From contig JAKPTF010000080.1 of the NCBI GenBank assembly GCA_029571225.1, positions 1,230 through 65,229 of the forward strand: 64,000 bases of DNA, read 5' to 3'. Position 1 is the first letter of the stretch. Every line of letters starts with the position of its first letter. Of this stretch, positions 48,069 to 57,214 are shown one piece after another. Under the pieces are notes generated by a model. That model worked only from the letters and a program-made list of their open reading frames with translations. It had not been told where the DNA came from and searched no databases. The position numbers were made by a program, and so were the translations under genes. This stretch comes from Candidatus Omnitrophota bacterium. Its GTDB lineage: Bacteria > Omnitrophota > Gorgyraeia > Gygaellales > Profunditerraquicolaceae.

Positions 48069-49271
48069 CTATTTATGCAGGACTTCCTTGAACTTTTTGG
48101 TAAGAGCGGGAACGATCTCGAATATGTCTCCGACGATGCCGTAGGTGGCTACCTTGAAGATCGGCGCGTCGGGATCCTTGTTGATTGCGACGATGACCTT
48201 TGACGACTGCATGCCCACCAGGTGCTGGATCTGGCCCGAGATGCCGCATGCGATGTAGAGCTTCGGGGCAACAGTCCTGCCGGTCTGCCCCACCTGGTGC
48301 GAATACGGCATCCATCCCGAATCCACTGCGGCGCGCGATGCGCCGACCGCGGCGCCGAGAACCTGCGCGAGCTCTTCGAGCATCTTGAAATTCTCGTGAT
48401 TGCCGAGCGCGCGGCCGCCTGAAACGATGATATCGGCTTCTGCGAGATTGACCAGGTTCTCCACCTCTTCCACCACGTCAAGCAAAGTGGTGCGGTTAGA
48501 AAGATCTGAGGCGGTGAACGTCTCTTTGACGATCTTTCCCTTGCGGTGCTTGTCCAGCGCAGGCTGGTTGAATACCTTATGCCTGACCGTTGCCATCTGC
48601 GGACGGTGGTTCGGCGAGATGATCGTCGCCATGATATTGCCGCCGAAGGCGGGCCTCGTCTGCAAAAGGATCTTGCGGTCAGGGTCTATATCGAGCCCGG
48701 TGCAGTCCGCGGTCAGGCCGCAATCGACCGTGATCGCAACGCGCGACATCAACGACCTGCCGATGATCGTCGCGCCTGAGAGCATGATATCGGGCTTATA
48801 TTTGCGGATCAGCTTGATGACCACTTTTGAATACGCCTCATCCAGGAAATTCGCCAGCTGCGGCTCGTCAACGACATACACGGTATCTGCTCCGGCGCTG
48901 ACCAGTTCCTGCGCTCCCAGATCGACATTATGGCCGATGAGCACGGCGCCGACGTAGGTCCCGAGTTTATCCGCGAGTTCCCGAGCCTTGCCGACGAGCT
49001 CGAACGACACGGACTGGACCTTGCCTTTTTTCTGCTCGGCAAACACCCACACGCCTTTGTGGTCGCTGAAATCCTTTTTTTCCGCCGCTGCAGCAGGTTT
49101 TTCCAGCAGTATCGCCTTGAATTTACACGCCGGCACGCAAGCGCCGCATAGATTGCATTTATGAAGGTCGATGATTGCCTTCTTGTTCACGACCGTGATC
49201 GCGCCGAAGGGGCATGTCTTCACGCACAACGTACAGCCGGTGCACTTCTCGGTAATGATCTTTATTGACAT
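48069..49271 (-). CDS. etfA: electron transfer flavoprotein alpha subunit with an N-terminal 2x[4Fe-4S] ferredoxin domain
   Basis: 400 aa; '[12 protein letters not shown]' and '[11 protein letters not shown]'; C-terminal FAD-binding '[14 protein letters not shown]'. Confidence 0.92.
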   Translation of the reverse strand: MSIKIITEKCTGCTLCVKTCPFGAITVVNKKAIIDLHKCNLCGACVPACKFKAILLEKPAAAAEKKDFSDHKGVWVFAEQKKGKVQSVSFELVGKARELADKLGTYVGAVLIGHNVDLGAQELVSAGADTVYVVDEPQLANFLDEAYSKVVIKLIRKYKPDIMLSGATIIGRSLMSRVAITVDCGLTADCTGLDIDPDRKILLQTRPAFGGNIMATIISPNHRPQMATVRHKVFNQPALDKHRKGKIVKETFTASDLSNRTTLLDVVEEVENLVNLAEADIIVSGGRALGNHENFKMLEELAQVLGAAVGASRAAVDSGWMPYSHQVGQTGRTVAPKLYIACGISGQIQHLVGMQSSKVIVAINKDPDAPIFKVATYGIVGDIFEIVPALTKKFKEVLHK

Positions 49272-49283
49272 ATATATATTCCT

Positions 49284-50081
49284 CTAACCAGTAATGACTT
49301 CTTTTAAAAGCCCTGCCACCTTAGCGACGATCTCTCCCGTCTCTCCGGTTATCATCTGCCCTCCGGTGCGGTGCGCAGGAGTGAATATCCTGACCACATT
49401 GGTGGGAGACCCCGAAAGGCCAAGGTCCTTGGGATCCGCGTCGATATCCTTTGCCGTCCACACGGCGATCTTGGCAGATTTCGCGCGCATCATGCCCTTT
49501 AATGACGGGATGCGCGGTTCGTTGATCTCTTTGACCACGGTGAAGAGCACCGGCAGGGGCGCTGAGATAACGTCATACCCCTCTTCGGTCATGCGCTCGA
49601 CTTTGACCGTATTATCCTTGACCTCTTCGATCTTTTTGACATACGTAACCTGCGGGATATCCAGGTGCGTGGAGATTCCGGGCCCGACCTGCGCCGTATC
49701 CCCGTCCGATGCCTGTTTGCCGCAAATGACCACGTCATACCCGCCGAATTCCTTTGCCGCTTTCCTGATGGCGCAGGACAACGTATAACTGGTCGCCCAG
49801 GTATCGCTTCCGGCGAACGCCCGGTCCGAAACGAGTACCGCTTCGTCGCAGCCCATGGATATGGCTTCGCGCAACGCAGCCTCAGCCTGGGGAGGCCCCA
49901 TGGTAATAACGATAACCTTACCTCCCATCTTTTCCTTGAGCCGCACGCCCGCTTCGATGGCATACATGTCAAAAGGATTGATGATGGATTTTACGCCGTC
50001 GCGGATGAGCGTATTCGTTTCGGGGTTGATACGGACATCCGTCGTTTCCGGGACCTGTTTGATACAAACGATTATGTTCAT
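49284..50081 (-). CDS. etfB: electron transfer flavoprotein beta subunit
   Basis: 265 aa; starts 'MNIIVCIKQVPE'; 'VICGKQASDGDTAQVG'. Confidence 0.93.
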   Translation of the reverse strand: MNIIVCIKQVPETTDVRINPETNTLIRDGVKSIINPFDMYAIEAGVRLKEKMGGKVIVITMGPPQAEAALREAISMGCDEAVLVSDRAFAGSDTWATSYTLSCAIRKAAKEFGGYDVVICGKQASDGDTAQVGPGISTHLDIPQVTYVKKIEEVKDNTVKVERMTEEGYDVISAPLPVLFTVVKEINEPRIPSLKGMMRAKSAKIAVWTAKDIDADPKDLGLSGSPTNVVRIFTPAHRTGGQMITGETGEIVAKVAGLLKEVITG

Positions 50082-50083
50082 TG

Positions 50084-51235
50084 TTATTTCCCTAAGTCTT
50101 TGATCATCTGCAATCCGATGATATTGCGCTGGATCTGATTGGTGCCTTCGTAGATCTGGGTGATCTTTGCATCGCGCAGGTATTTTTCAACCGGATAATC
50201 CTTCATATACCCGTATCCGCCATGGATCTGGATGGCGTTATCGCATACCCTGAACGCGACGTCCGAGGCGAACAATTTGGCCATGGCAGAAGCCGCGCCT
50301 ACGTCCTTGTCACCTGCGTCGATCGCGCGCGCGCATGAATACACAAGCGCCCTGGCTGCCTCCAGTTCAGTCGCCATATCGGCGATCATCCACTGGATGC
50401 CCTGGAGGCTCGAGATCGGCTTGTCGAACTGCTTGCGCTGGCGCGTATATTTCGCCGCGAGTTCGAGAGCGCCCTGCGCGATGCCCAGCGCCTGCGCAGC
50501 AACGCCGGGCCTGGACATATCGAACGTGCGCATGGTCACGATAAAGCCCATGCCTTCTTTTGCCAGAAGGTTCTCTGCAGGGACCTTGCAATCGTTGAAT
50601 ATCAATTCCATGGTGGAAGACGCACGAATACCCATTTTGTCTTCCTTCTTGCCGAAGGTAAATCCCTTGGTGCCTTTTTCCACGATGAAGGCCGACGCGC
50701 CGCGCGCGCCTTTGCTTTTATCCGTGATGGCGACGACCGAATACGTTTCGGCATCCCCGCCGTTGGTGATAAAATGCTTTGTGCCGTTCAGAATATAGTA
50801 ATTGCCTTCCTTGCGCGCGGTCGTTTTGATTGAACCGGCGTCAGACCCTGCCTCAGGCTCGGTCAGGCCGAACGCCGCGAGCTTCTTGCCCTTTGCCAGG
50901 TCAGGAAGGTATTTTTTCTTCTGCGCGTCGTTTCCGTAGAGGACGATCGGGAACGTGCCGAGCGCGCTTGCCGCGTAGCAGACGGCAATGCCGCCGCAGG
51001 CGCGGGACAACTCTTCAGTCGCAAGGCACAGGTTCATGACGCTGACTCCCATGCCGCCGTACTCTTCAGGGATGAACAGGCCGAACAGGTCTGATTCAGC
51101 GATGACCTTGATGACCTCCCAGGGAAATTTCTCGGTCTTGTCATATTCGGCTGCCACAGGCCTGATCTTTTCCTCGGCGATCTTATGCGCCAGGTCCTTG
51201 ATCATCTTCTGTTCATCGGTCAAAAGGTAATTCAT
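50084..51235 (-). CDS. acyl-CoA dehydrogenase (butyryl-CoA dehydrogenase-like)
   Basis: 383 aa; 'GLTEPEAGSD', C-terminal 'QIHGGYGYMKDYPVEKYLRDAKITQIYEGTNQIQ'. Confidence 0.93.
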   Translation of the reverse strand: MNYLLTDEQKMIKDLAHKIAEEKIRPVAAEYDKTEKFPWEVIKVIAESDLFGLFIPEEYGGMGVSVMNLCLATEELSRACGGIAVCYAASALGTFPIVLYGNDAQKKKYLPDLAKGKKLAAFGLTEPEAGSDAGSIKTTARKEGNYYILNGTKHFITNGGDAETYSVVAITDKSKGARGASAFIVEKGTKGFTFGKKEDKMGIRASSTMELIFNDCKVPAENLLAKEGMGFIVTMRTFDMSRPGVAAQALGIAQGALELAAKYTRQRKQFDKPISSLQGIQWMIADMATELEAARALVYSCARAIDAGDKDVGAASAMAKLFASDVAFRVCDNAIQIHGGYGYMKDYPVEKYLRDAKITQIYEGTNQIQRNIIGLQMIKDLGK

Positions 51236-51317
51236 GCTTTTCTCCTCCGGTTAAGATACGCACGCGGCTATGCCGGCCGCGCCGTTGTTGCCGATCGAAC
51301 GGCAATGACGAAAATTT

Positions 51318-51345
51318 ATTATACTATAATTATCTTTCTTTACAA
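51318..51345 (-). promoter_or_regulatory. candidate sigma70 promoter for the bcd-etfBA-receiver operon (TTGTAA-16-TATAAT)
   Basis: Overlaps the GNAT stop codon; ~80-nt leader with a small hairpin and a GGAGGAG Shine-Dalgarno; the AT-rich context lowers confidence. Confidence 0.35.
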
Positions 51346-51789
51346 CACCTTTAATAAAGAAATTTCCTGGCAGTTGGGGAATTTCGGGCAATTGATGCAT
51401 TCGGCCCAGACCTTGTGCGGCAGGGCATCGTGGCGGACCCGCTTGAAGCCGAACTGCGTGAAGAAGGACGGCTGGTATGTCAGCACAAAGACCCGTTTCG
51501 AACCAAGGTCCTTTGCCTCTGCGAGGCAGGCGGACACCAGTTTGGAGCCGATACCCCCTGACTGGCGGTCCTTGCGCACCGCCAGGGACTTGATCTCTGC
51601 GAGGTCGTCCCAGGAGATATGCAGGGCGCAGCAGCCCAGGATCCTGCCGTTCTTCTCATAGACCCAGAAATCCCTGATACCCTCATACAGCTCGTTCAGC
51701 GAACGCGCCAGCATCAGATCTTTCCTGGCAAAGGAATTGATAAGGGCCTGGATCTGCTTGATGTCCTGGACTCTGGCTTTTCTCAACAT
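51340..51789 (-). CDS. GNAT-family N-acetyltransferase (ArgA C-terminal-domain-like)
   Basis: 149 aa; acetyl-CoA motif 'RKDRQSGGIGSKLV'. Confidence 0.85.
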   Translation of the reverse strand: MLRKARVQDIKQIQALINSFARKDLMLARSLNELYEGIRDFWVYEKNGRILGCCALHISWDDLAEIKSLAVRKDRQSGGIGSKLVSACLAEAKDLGSKRVFVLTYQPSFFTQFGFKRVRHDALPHKVWAECINCPKFPNCQEISLLKVL

Positions 51790-51798
51790 GGCTCCCTC

Positions 51799-53028
51799 TT
51801 ATTTTATCTCCGTGCGCTTGGCGACGACCACGATCCCCGACTCGGTCACCACAAAACGCTTGCGGTCCTCGTCAAGATCATAGCCGATCACCATGCCTTC
51901 GGGTATGGAAACATCCTTATCGATAATGGCCCTGCGTATCCTCGCGTGGCGGGCCACGTTGACGCCTTCCATGAGGATCGAATCCGTGACCTGCGCGTAG
52001 CTGTTGATGCGGACATTGGGGGACAGGATCGATCGCTTGACCTGGCCGCCCGATATGATGCAACCGCCGGCGACCAGCGAATCCAGCGCCAACCCCACCC
52101 TGCCGGTTATTTCTTCCCCGGCGAACACGCTTTTTGCCGGAGGCGACTGCTCCTGATATGTCCTGATCGGCCACTGGCTGTCATACAGGTTGAAAACGGG
52201 ATCAACCTGCACCAGGTCCATGTTCGCCTCGTAATACGCATCGAGCGTGCCGATATCCCTCCAGTACTGGGCGTTTTTCTTGTTCTCGTCGATGAAATTA
52301 TACGCGATGACCTTGAACCCGCCCTGCGCCATACGCGGGATGATGTCCTTGCCGAAATCATGGGTCGACCGCTCGTCGCGGGCGTCATTGCGCAATTCCC
52401 GGGCGAGTACACCGTGCTTGAACACGTAGATACCCATGGACGCATAGATCTTATCCGGCTTGTGCGGGATGGTCTTTGGCTTGAGCGGCTTTTCCTCGAA
52501 CCCGACGATGCGGCCGTCAGGGTCCACCTCGACGACGCCGAAATGTATCGACTCGTGTTTGTCCATCTCGACGACGCCGATCGTCAGGTCCGCACTTTCC
52601 GCCCGGTGATAATCGACCAGCGTCGCGTAATTCATCTTATACACGTGATCGCCCGCCAGGACAAGGACCTCATCGGGATTCTCGATCTCGAGCGAATTGA
52701 GGTTCTGGTAAATGGCGTCCGCGGTGCCCAGATACCAGGACTCCCCGGTGCGCTGCTGAGCGGGCAGGACTTCGATGTATTCGTTCAATTCCGAAGACAG
52801 GATGTTCCAGCCAAGGCGGATATGGCGCTGCAATGAGGCTGATTTATACTGTGTGAGCACGTTCACCCGCCGCATGCCGGAATTGATGCAGTTGCTCAAG
52901 GTAAAATCTACGATACGGTATATGCCGCCGAACGGCACCGCGGGCTTGGTGCGGTCCTTGGTCAGGGGCCACAAACGCTCTCCCTTGCCGCCGGCCATGA
53001 TGAACGTAACGACGTTTCTCTTGATCAT
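51799..53028 (-). CDS. glgC: glucose-1-phosphate adenylyltransferase
   Basis: 409 aa; 'AGGKGERLWPLTKDRTKPAVPFGG', 'WYLGTADA'. Confidence 0.95.
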   Translation of the reverse strand: MIKRNVVTFIMAGGKGERLWPLTKDRTKPAVPFGGIYRIVDFTLSNCINSGMRRVNVLTQYKSASLQRHIRLGWNILSSELNEYIEVLPAQQRTGESWYLGTADAIYQNLNSLEIENPDEVLVLAGDHVYKMNYATLVDYHRAESADLTIGVVEMDKHESIHFGVVEVDPDGRIVGFEEKPLKPKTIPHKPDKIYASMGIYVFKHGVLARELRNDARDERSTHDFGKDIIPRMAQGGFKVIAYNFIDENKKNAQYWRDIGTLDAYYEANMDLVQVDPVFNLYDSQWPIRTYQEQSPPAKSVFAGEEITGRVGLALDSLVAGGCIISGGQVKRSILSPNVRINSYAQVTDSILMEGVNVARHARIRRAIIDKDVSIPEGMVIGYDLDEDRKRFVVTESGIVVVAKRTEIK

Positions 53029-53034
53029 TGAAGA

Positions 53035-53649
53035 TTATTGCGCAAGAAAATTGACCGCTATGGTGGATAAAATGCCTTTACGCACCATCATGACGCCGAT
53101 GGCCGCGAGCAGGATATACATGATCTTGGCCAATGCGCGCAGGCCGTTCTGGCCGAACAGCCTTAACAGAAGGTCCGCCTTGACAAGCGTCACCCAGACA
53201 ATGAGCATATTGACCAGGACCGCGACGAACGTCGGCACAAGACCGTAACCGTCGATCATAATGACCGTGGTCGTCAGCACTGCCGGGCCGGTAATGAGCG
53301 GTGTGCCGAGAGGAAACACGCCCAGGTCTTTGCCGTGGCCGTCGGTCAGGAAACCCTTGCTGCTGCCGGGCAGGAGCAGTTTCGCGGATATGATGAACAA
53401 AAGCGCGCCGCCCGCGACCTGGAAATCAGGGATCGTGATGCCGATAAAGCGCAGCACTGCCTTGCCCAGGAACATGAAGACCAGTGCGACAACGGTAGCC
53501 GTCGTGACCGAATCCCTGACCACCGTGCGCCGGTCCTTTTTGCTCATGCCCTCGACCAGCGATATGAAAATCGGGATATTGCCGAGCGAGTCAACGGCCA
53601 CGAACAACGCGACGAACGTCAGCAGATAGGGTTCAAGCATGTTCAACAT
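53035..53649 (-). CDS. MarC-family (UPF0056) integral membrane protein
   Basis: 204 aa, ~6 TM helices; 'FVAVDSLGNIPIF' is typical of MarC. Confidence 0.85.
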   Translation of the reverse strand: MLNMLEPYLLTFVALFVAVDSLGNIPIFISLVEGMSKKDRRTVVRDSVTTATVVALVFMFLGKAVLRFIGITIPDFQVAGGALLFIISAKLLLPGSSKGFLTDGHGKDLGVFPLGTPLITGPAVLTTTVIMIDGYGLVPTFVAVLVNMLIVWVTLVKADLLLRLFGQNGLRALAKIMYILLAAIGVMMVRKGILSTIAVNFLAQ

Positions 53650-53655
53650 GGCATC

Positions 53656-53684
53656 ATTATAGCATAAAACACCAGCCGCAGCAA
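53656..53684 (-). promoter_or_regulatory. sigma70 promoter TTGCTG-17-TATAAT, with the -10 ending 6 nt before the marC ATG
   Basis: Read on the minus strand; no Shine-Dalgarno in the gap. Confidence 0.5.
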
Positions 53685-53708
53685 ATTATGGGGACGGTTC
53701 CCCTTATT

Positions 53709-54452
53709 CTAATACCTCACCCGCAGAAGGCACAGGCCTGATGCCGGCGCCGTCGGCCCGGCGCTCGTGCGTTTCCGGGCATCCAGTATTCTGCAGATAC
53801 TCGACACCGGAAACCTTCCCCTTCCGATCTCGATAAGAGTCCCGACAATGCCGCGGACCATTTTATACAAAAAACCTTCGCCCGTCACCTGGATTATGAT
53901 AAGGTCTCCCTTTTGTGCAATACCGATCCGTTTGATCATGCGCACGTTCGATCTGCTGCGGGTCGCGCCGGTTGCCCTGAAAGACGTGAAATCGTGCCTG
54001 CCGACCAAGAGGCGGGCTGCGGCGCGCATGCGGGACAGATCGAGCTTCGCGATGCCATAATGATATACATGTTTCCTGATAAACACGTCGGGATACGGCC
54101 GGTTCAGGATTGTATATTGGTATGTCTTCTCCCGCGCGTGGTAACGGCTGTGGAAATCAGGAGCCGCGTTCTTCGCCGAAACAACCTTGATATCATCCGG
54201 TAAAAGGGAATTCAGCCCGTATTGAAGCTTTGCCAGCGATATCGGATTATTCGTTTTGAAATTTGCCACTTGCGCGGCGGCATGCACGCCTGAATCGGTC
54301 CTGCCGGCTGCGGTAAGCCTGACCGGTTCCTGCAGGATCTGCTTCAGCGCCTTTTCGGTGATGGTCTGGATTGTACGGTCGGTGCCGGCCTGCTTCTGCC
54401 AGCCGAGGTAATCCGTGCCGTCATACTGGATGGTGAGGCGGATATTGCGCAT
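53709..54452 (-). CDS. truA: tRNA pseudouridine(38-40) synthase
   Basis: 247 aa; 'YDGTDYLGWQKQ' and catalytic 'GRTDSGVHA'. Confidence 0.95.
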   Translation of the reverse strand: MRNIRLTIQYDGTDYLGWQKQAGTDRTIQTITEKALKQILQEPVRLTAAGRTDSGVHAAAQVANFKTNNPISLAKLQYGLNSLLPDDIKVVSAKNAAPDFHSRYHAREKTYQYTILNRPYPDVFIRKHVYHYGIAKLDLSRMRAAARLLVGRHDFTSFRATGATRSRSNVRMIKRIGIAQKGDLIIIQVTGEGFLYKMVRGIVGTLIEIGRGRFPVSSICRILDARKRTSAGPTAPASGLCLLRVRY

Positions 54453-54463
54453 GGTGGAAACGG

Positions 54464-54491
54464 ATAAAGAAAAAGGGGTCAGACCCCTTTT
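54464..54491 (-). terminator. Rho-independent terminator immediately after the asd stop codon
   Basis: Minus strand reads TAA-AAAAGGGG-TCTGA-CCCCTTTT-CTTTAT. Confidence 0.75.
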
Positions 54492-55517
54492 TTACTTTAT
54501 CAATTCCTGTGCGATCTGGACCGCGTTGGAGGCAGCGCCCTTAAGCAGGTTATCCGACACGACCCACAGCCACATGCCGTTCTTGACGAAGGGGTCTTTG
54601 CGGATGCGGCCGACGTAGGTCTCGGTCTTGCCTTCCACATCCTTGGGCATGGGATACAGGTTGTTCTTCGGGTCGTCGATCACGATGATCCCGGGGGACC
54701 TGGTAAGAAGCTTTTTGACCGCATCGGCAGAGACGGGTTTCTTTGTTTCGATATATATCGCTTCAGAATGGCCGGTCCTCACCGGAACGCGCACCGTCGT
54801 CGCAGTAACCTTGATCTTTTTGTCGCCCATGATCTTGTGGGTTTCCCTGACAAGTTTCCACTCTTCAGACGTATAATCATCCTCAACGAAACCGCCGATA
54901 TGCGGGAACACGTTATACGCCAGCTGCTGCGGCATTGCCTTATTCGGCAGGTTCACATGCACGTTCTGATAATCATTGGCGGCAATCTGCTTCAATTCTT
55001 CCTTGAGCTGGTCCACCGCGGCCTTGCCCGCGCCCGATGATGCCTGCAGGGTAGTGACAATGACACGCTTGATGCCGGCTTTTTTATGTATCGGGTTGAG
55101 CGCAACAACCATCTGCACGGTCGAACAGTTCGGATTCGCGATAATGCCTTTATGTTTCTTGATCTCTTTTGCGTTCACTTCAGGGACGATCAGCGGGACA
55201 TCCGGGTCCATGCGGAAGTCAGCGCCGTTATCGATGACGACCGCGCCTCTCTTCACCGCTTCGGCCGCATAGGTTACTGCCGCGCCTTTTTCTCCTTCGG
55301 TGCCGGCGAACAACGCGATATCCATGCCCTTGAACGAATCAGGAGAGATCGCCTCGACGTTATATTTGTCGCCGTCGACGTCGATCTGCCGCGCGGACCG
55401 CGCCAGGACCCTGAGCGTCCCGACAGGGAAATTAAACCGCTTGAGGCATCGGAGCATCTCGATCCCGACGGCGCCGGCGCCTACCACCGCCACATTATAT
55501 TTCACTTTCTTGATCAT
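54492..55517 (-). CDS. asd: aspartate-semialdehyde dehydrogenase
   Basis: 341 aa; 'VVGAGAVG', catalytic 'NPNCSTVQM'. Confidence 0.95.
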   Translation of the reverse strand: MIKKVKYNVAVVGAGAVGIEMLRCLKRFNFPVGTLRVLARSARQIDVDGDKYNVEAISPDSFKGMDIALFAGTEGEKGAAVTYAAEAVKRGAVVIDNGADFRMDPDVPLIVPEVNAKEIKKHKGIIANPNCSTVQMVVALNPIHKKAGIKRVIVTTLQASSGAGKAAVDQLKEELKQIAANDYQNVHVNLPNKAMPQQLAYNVFPHIGGFVEDDYTSEEWKLVRETHKIMGDKKIKVTATTVRVPVRTGHSEAIYIETKKPVSADAVKKLLTRSPGIIVIDDPKNNLYPMPKDVEGKTETYVGRIRKDPFVKNGMWLWVVSDNLLKGAASNAVQIAQELIK

Positions 55518-55544
55518 TGAATACTCTCCTCCTGATGGATCAAA

Positions 55545-55639
55545 AACAGCGCTCGTGAGACGTGTGTCAGTCGCTCAAACAGGCGAAGCCCTCCGGGCTT
55601 CGCAACTCGCTTTGTGACACACCTCTCACAAGCGCTGTT
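55545..55639 (-). other. 95-nt extended imperfect hairpin (25-nt arms with 2 mismatches, plus an inner 9-bp GC hairpin) in the leuB-asd spacer
   Basis: Arms at 55545-55569 and 55615-55639; inner GCGAAGCCC-TCC-GGGCTTCGC at 55583-55603; on the minus strand followed by TTTG, then the Shine-Dalgarno and asd ATG 28 nt downstream. Confidence 0.6.
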
Positions 55640-55668
55640 CCCGCGAAATCACAAGCCGCATTGTTGCC

Positions 55669-56718
55669 CTATAGATTCTTAACCACTAAATCCCCGACCT
55701 CGGCCGTCGAAAAGCCCATTTTGCCTGCGGCAAGAGACTTGAGTTTCTTCGTCGCAACCGTTATGACCGCTTTTTCAACCGCCTGCGCTGCCTTGACCTC
55801 GCCTAAATGTTCAAGCATCATTCCCGCAGCGCAGACCGCAGCCAGAGGATTGATGACATTCTTGCCGGTATACTTCGGCGCCGATCCGCCGATCGGCTCG
55901 AACATGGAAAGCCCGTGCGGGTTGATATTGCCGCCCGCTGCAATACCCATGCCGCCCTGGATCATGGCGCCAAGGTCGGTGATGATATCGCCGAAGAGGT
56001 TATCCGTGACGATCACGTCGAACCATTCGGGATTTTTCACGAACCACATGGTGGTTGCATCGACATGCACGTAGTTGGTGGTGATCATCGGATACTCTTT
56101 GGCGACCTCGTTGAAAGTCCGTTCCCACAGGTCCCAGGCGAAGGTCAGGACATTGGTCTTGCCGCAGAGCGTCAGCTGTTTTTTCTTGTTGCGTTTCTTG
56201 CACAATTCGAACGCATACCGGATGCAGCGTTCCACGCCTTTGCGGGTGTTATACGAGATCTGGATCGCCAGTTCGTCCTTCGTGCCTTTATCTTTGAATT
56301 CGCCCATGCCCTTATACAGGCCTTCGGAATTCTCGCGCACGACGACAAAATCGATATCAGCCGGCTTCTTGTCCTTTAACGGGCAGAACCGCTCGTCATA
56401 CAGTTTGACCGGGCGCAGATTGATATACTGGTCGAGGGCAAAGCGCAATTTCAGAAGGATCCCCGTTTCAAGGATGCCCGGTTTGACATCAGGATGGCCG
56501 ATGGCGCCGAGCAATATGGCCGAATATTGCTTTAAGCCGATGATATCGTCATCGTCTATGGTCTTGCCGGTCTTCAAATAGCGCTCGCCGCCGTAATCGA
56601 AGGTCCTGGCATCGTACTGGAACCTGAATTTTTTGCTTGCCGCATCGAGCACCTTCATCGCCTCAGCCACGACTTCAGGCCCGGTGCCGTCTCCGGGAAT
56701 GACCGCTATCTTATGCAT
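55669..56718 (-). CDS. leuB: 3-isopropylmalate dehydrogenase family enzyme (LeuB / tartrate-D-malate dehydrogenase-like)
   Basis: 349 aa; 'IAVIPGDGTGPEV', 'NLRPVK', 'NLFGDIITD'; downstream of leuCD. Confidence 0.85.
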   Translation of the reverse strand: MHKIAVIPGDGTGPEVVAEAMKVLDAASKKFRFQYDARTFDYGGERYLKTGKTIDDDDIIGLKQYSAILLGAIGHPDVKPGILETGILLKLRFALDQYINLRPVKLYDERFCPLKDKKPADIDFVVVRENSEGLYKGMGEFKDKGTKDELAIQISYNTRKGVERCIRYAFELCKKRNKKKQLTLCGKTNVLTFAWDLWERTFNEVAKEYPMITTNYVHVDATTMWFVKNPEWFDVIVTDNLFGDIITDLGAMIQGGMGIAAGGNINPHGLSMFEPIGGSAPKYTGKNVINPLAAVCAAGMMLEHLGEVKAAQAVEKAVITVATKKLKSLAAGKMGFSTAEVGDLVVKNL

Positions 56719-57214
56719 GTTTTACTCCCCTGGATTTTTTCTGGATATATTTCATCAGCCCTCCCTGCGCGACGAGCTCCTGCAAAAACGGAGGGAACGC
56801 CTGTGTCTTGTATGTCTGCTTTTTGGTGATATTGCGCACGGTCCCCGAACCGAGGTCTATCTCGAGTTCATCGCCTTCGGATATCTTATCCACCTCCGCG
56901 GATTCAAGGAACGGCAGGCCGATATTGATGGCATTGCGGAAGAATATGGCGGCGAAGCTCGGAGCCAGGACCGCGCGGATGCCGCAACCCTTGATCGCGA
57001 CAGGCGCGTGCTCCCTTGACGAGCCGCACCCGAAATTCTTGCCTGCGACAATGATATCCCCTTCATGCACGGATTTGACGAAATCGGGCTTGATCGATTC
57101 CATGCAATGGCTGCCGAGCTCTTTCGGATCCGTGGATACCAGATATTTGGCCGCAATGATATCGTCCGTGTTGATATCGTCTCCCAATTTGTGCGCTTTG
57201 CCTTTGATGATCAT
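56711..57214 (-). CDS. leuD: 3-isopropylmalate dehydratase small subunit (archaeal-type short LeuD)
   Basis: 167 aa; '[14 protein letters not shown]'. Confidence 0.88.
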   Translation of the reverse strand: MIIKGKAHKLGDDINTDDIIAAKYLVSTDPKELGSHCMESIKPDFVKSVHEGDIIVAGKNFGCGSSREHAPVAIKGCGIRAVLAPSFAAIFFRNAINIGLPFLESAEVDKISEGDELEIDLGSGTVRNITKKQTYKTQAFPPFLQELVAQGGLMKYIQKKSRGVKHA

